From assembly GCA_964367445.1 (NCBI GenBank), contig CAYIXS010000002.1:1-35829 (forward strand): a stretch of DNA of 35,829 nucleotides. The letters are read 5' to 3'. The notes beneath the pieces were generated by a model. That model had not been told where the DNA came from and did no database searches. It saw only the letters and a list, made by a program, of their open reading frames with translations. This DNA comes from Candidatus Woesearchaeota archaeon (GTDB lineage Archaea > Nanobdellota > Nanobdellia > SCGC-AAA011-G17 > JACPIM01). Shown one piece after another: positions 34,708 to 35,829 of this stretch (positions are counted from its first letter, which is position 1; the number at the start of each line of letters is the position of its first letter). A program made the translations under genes and the position numbers.

Positions 34708-34962
34708 TTACCTAGAAACCGGTACTACCTCGAGGTCAGAAGCCTTTTCTTCAAGCTTATTTAAACTCATTATTAAGTATTTATCATTATATCTTTTATA
34801 TTCACCAGGAAATTCTTGCCATAACCTGCCAAAGACACTAGAAACAACCTTACCTAAAGAATCACATAAACGATCATAAAACCCGATCTCAATCTCTAGT
34901 AGTTTAGACGTATACGCATTAAACCATGCGAATTCTTCAGCATTAGATTTATTTGGTTTCAT
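34708..34962 (-). CDS. hypothetical 84-aa protein
   Basis: ORF only. It is wedged between the DsbA-like and LamG genes and overlaps the former by 14 nt. Confidence 0.4.
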   Translation of the reverse strand: MKPNKSNAEEFAWFNAYTSKLLEIEIGFYDRLCDSLGKVVSSVFGRLWQEFPGEYKRYNDKYLIMSLNKLEEKASDLEVVPVSR

Positions 34963-35827
34963 TTTCTGTTCCTACATCTTTATTTTCAACTTTAGCTAAT
35001 TCTTCATCAATGATTTGCTTGAAGTTCTCAAATGGCTGTGCTCCTTCTAATATAATCCCATTGATGAAAAAAGCAGGAGTTCCTGTAACACCATAATTAA
35101 TTCCGTCATCGGTGTCTTTTTTAACTTCTTCTTTCATTGAATCAGAATCTAAACAATTTTCAAACTTATTGTTATTTAAGTTCAAATCATCAGCATATTT
35201 TTTCAAGTCATCAACAGTTAAAGCTTCTTGATTTTCAAATAATTTATCGTGATACTTCCAGAATTTACCTTGTTCATCTGCACATTCAGAAGCTTCAGCA
35301 GCTTTTTGCGCGTATGGATGTATACTAGTTAATGGAAAATCTCTAAATATTAATTTAACTTTGCCTGTATCAATATATTCTTCTTTTAATGTAGGAAAAG
35401 TATCTTTTTCAAATCTGCCACAGAAAGGGCATTGATAATCTGAAAATTCAACTATAGTCACAGGGGCATCTTCCTTGCCTAGAATAGGATCATCATCAAC
35501 GCTAACATCAACTGGAGCAGTTTGTGCTGGTTCGTTATTTGCTTCTTGTGCTCCTTGGTCTCCCAAGCTATTTACTTGGTCAAAAAAATCTGCCAAATTT
35601 ACAGCAGCTGGAAAAAATAAATTTCCATCTTTTGTTACATATCCATTCATTGTTTGTCCTCTAACAGTTAGAGGAACTCTGTATAATCCAGAATCTTCAT
35701 CTTCTAAAACAACGCCGACTTCAACTACTGCGCCGCCTGTTACAATATTGGCATATTGCTGCACTTTATTTTGCGCATCATCTTTGCTTATTGCACCACT
35801 TAAGCCACTTCCTGAAAAGTTAGCCAT
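34949..35827 (-). CDS. DsbA-family thiol:disulfide oxidoreductase with N-terminal PepSY-like region; N-terminus possibly beyond the window
   Basis: FSDYQCPFCGRF active site and GTPAFFINGI cis-Pro motif. The ATG lies 2 nt from the window edge and no signal/TM is seen, so the true start may be upstream. Confidence 0.75.
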   Translation of the reverse strand: MANFSGSGLSGAISKDDAQNKVQQYANIVTGGAVVEVGVVLEDEDSGLYRVPLTVRGQTMNGYVTKDGNLFFPAAVNLADFFDQVNSLGDQGAQEANNEPAQTAPVDVSVDDDPILGKEDAPVTIVEFSDYQCPFCGRFEKDTFPTLKEEYIDTGKVKLIFRDFPLTSIHPYAQKAAEASECADEQGKFWKYHDKLFENQEALTVDDLKKYADDLNLNNNKFENCLDSDSMKEEVKKDTDDGINYGVTGTPAFFINGIILEGAQPFENFKQIIDEELAKVENKDVGTENETK

Positions 35828-35829
35828 TA

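Noticed and set aside
1-35829. CRISPR arrays, tRNA/rRNA genes
   Set aside because: No regularly spaced direct repeats and no cloverleaf-compatible G+C-rich intergenic segments were seen. Intergenic regions are short and AT-rich, apart from 31105-31148, which does not fold as a tRNA.

Overview
AT-rich archaeal window. Hand counts on 60-nt samples: 8/60 G+C at 4801-4860, 23/60 at 13501-13560, 21/60 at 17041-17100. The gene content is ribosomal protein S17e, Alba, archaeal-type UMP kinase, a Fap7-like kinase and a PGF-pre-PGF surface protein. Operons are tightly packed with ATGA/TTGA stop-start overlaps and Shine-Dalgarno-led ATG/TTG starts. Together this suggests a small-genome, DPANN-like archaeon (inference). 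Layout: (i) 296-7389 (-), a cell-surface glycosylation/lipid-modification operon. (ii) 7.6-13.4 kb, housekeeping genes (U32-family enzyme, S17e, Alba, a Thr/Ser-rich surface protein, a CPA2 antiporter, a Fap7-like kinase). (iii) 13.4-19.0 kb, a G+C-richer block holding two unknown overlapping small ORFs and a pyrimidine-nucleotide cluster (pyrH, DUF357, ParB/Srx-fold protein, two HAD hydrolases, a three-domain thymidylate-synthase-fold protein, a Cys-less glutaredoxin-fold protein). (iv) A Ca-type P-type ATPase. (v) 21.9-30.7 kb, an accessory stretch with an MNT/HEPN pair, a 1838-aa S8 protease surface protein, a decayed IS6-family element with IRs and target duplication, and a PBECR-like/DUF2283 pair. 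(vi) A GlcD/GlcF-like oxidoreductase operon, an orphan UPF0175 antitoxin and an extracytoplasmic disulfide-bond cluster. No rRNA, tRNA or CRISPR array was found. The strongest finding: the alba gene is interrupted by a 33-nt insert carrying an in-frame TAG. The insert folds into a bulge-helix-bulge motif, and excising it by the archaeal splicing rule regenerates the conserved Alba N-terminus. It is therefore a candidate pre-mRNA intron in a protein-coding gene. The second candidate for an undescribed system is the thymidylate-synthase-fold / HAD / ParB-Srx-fold operon.
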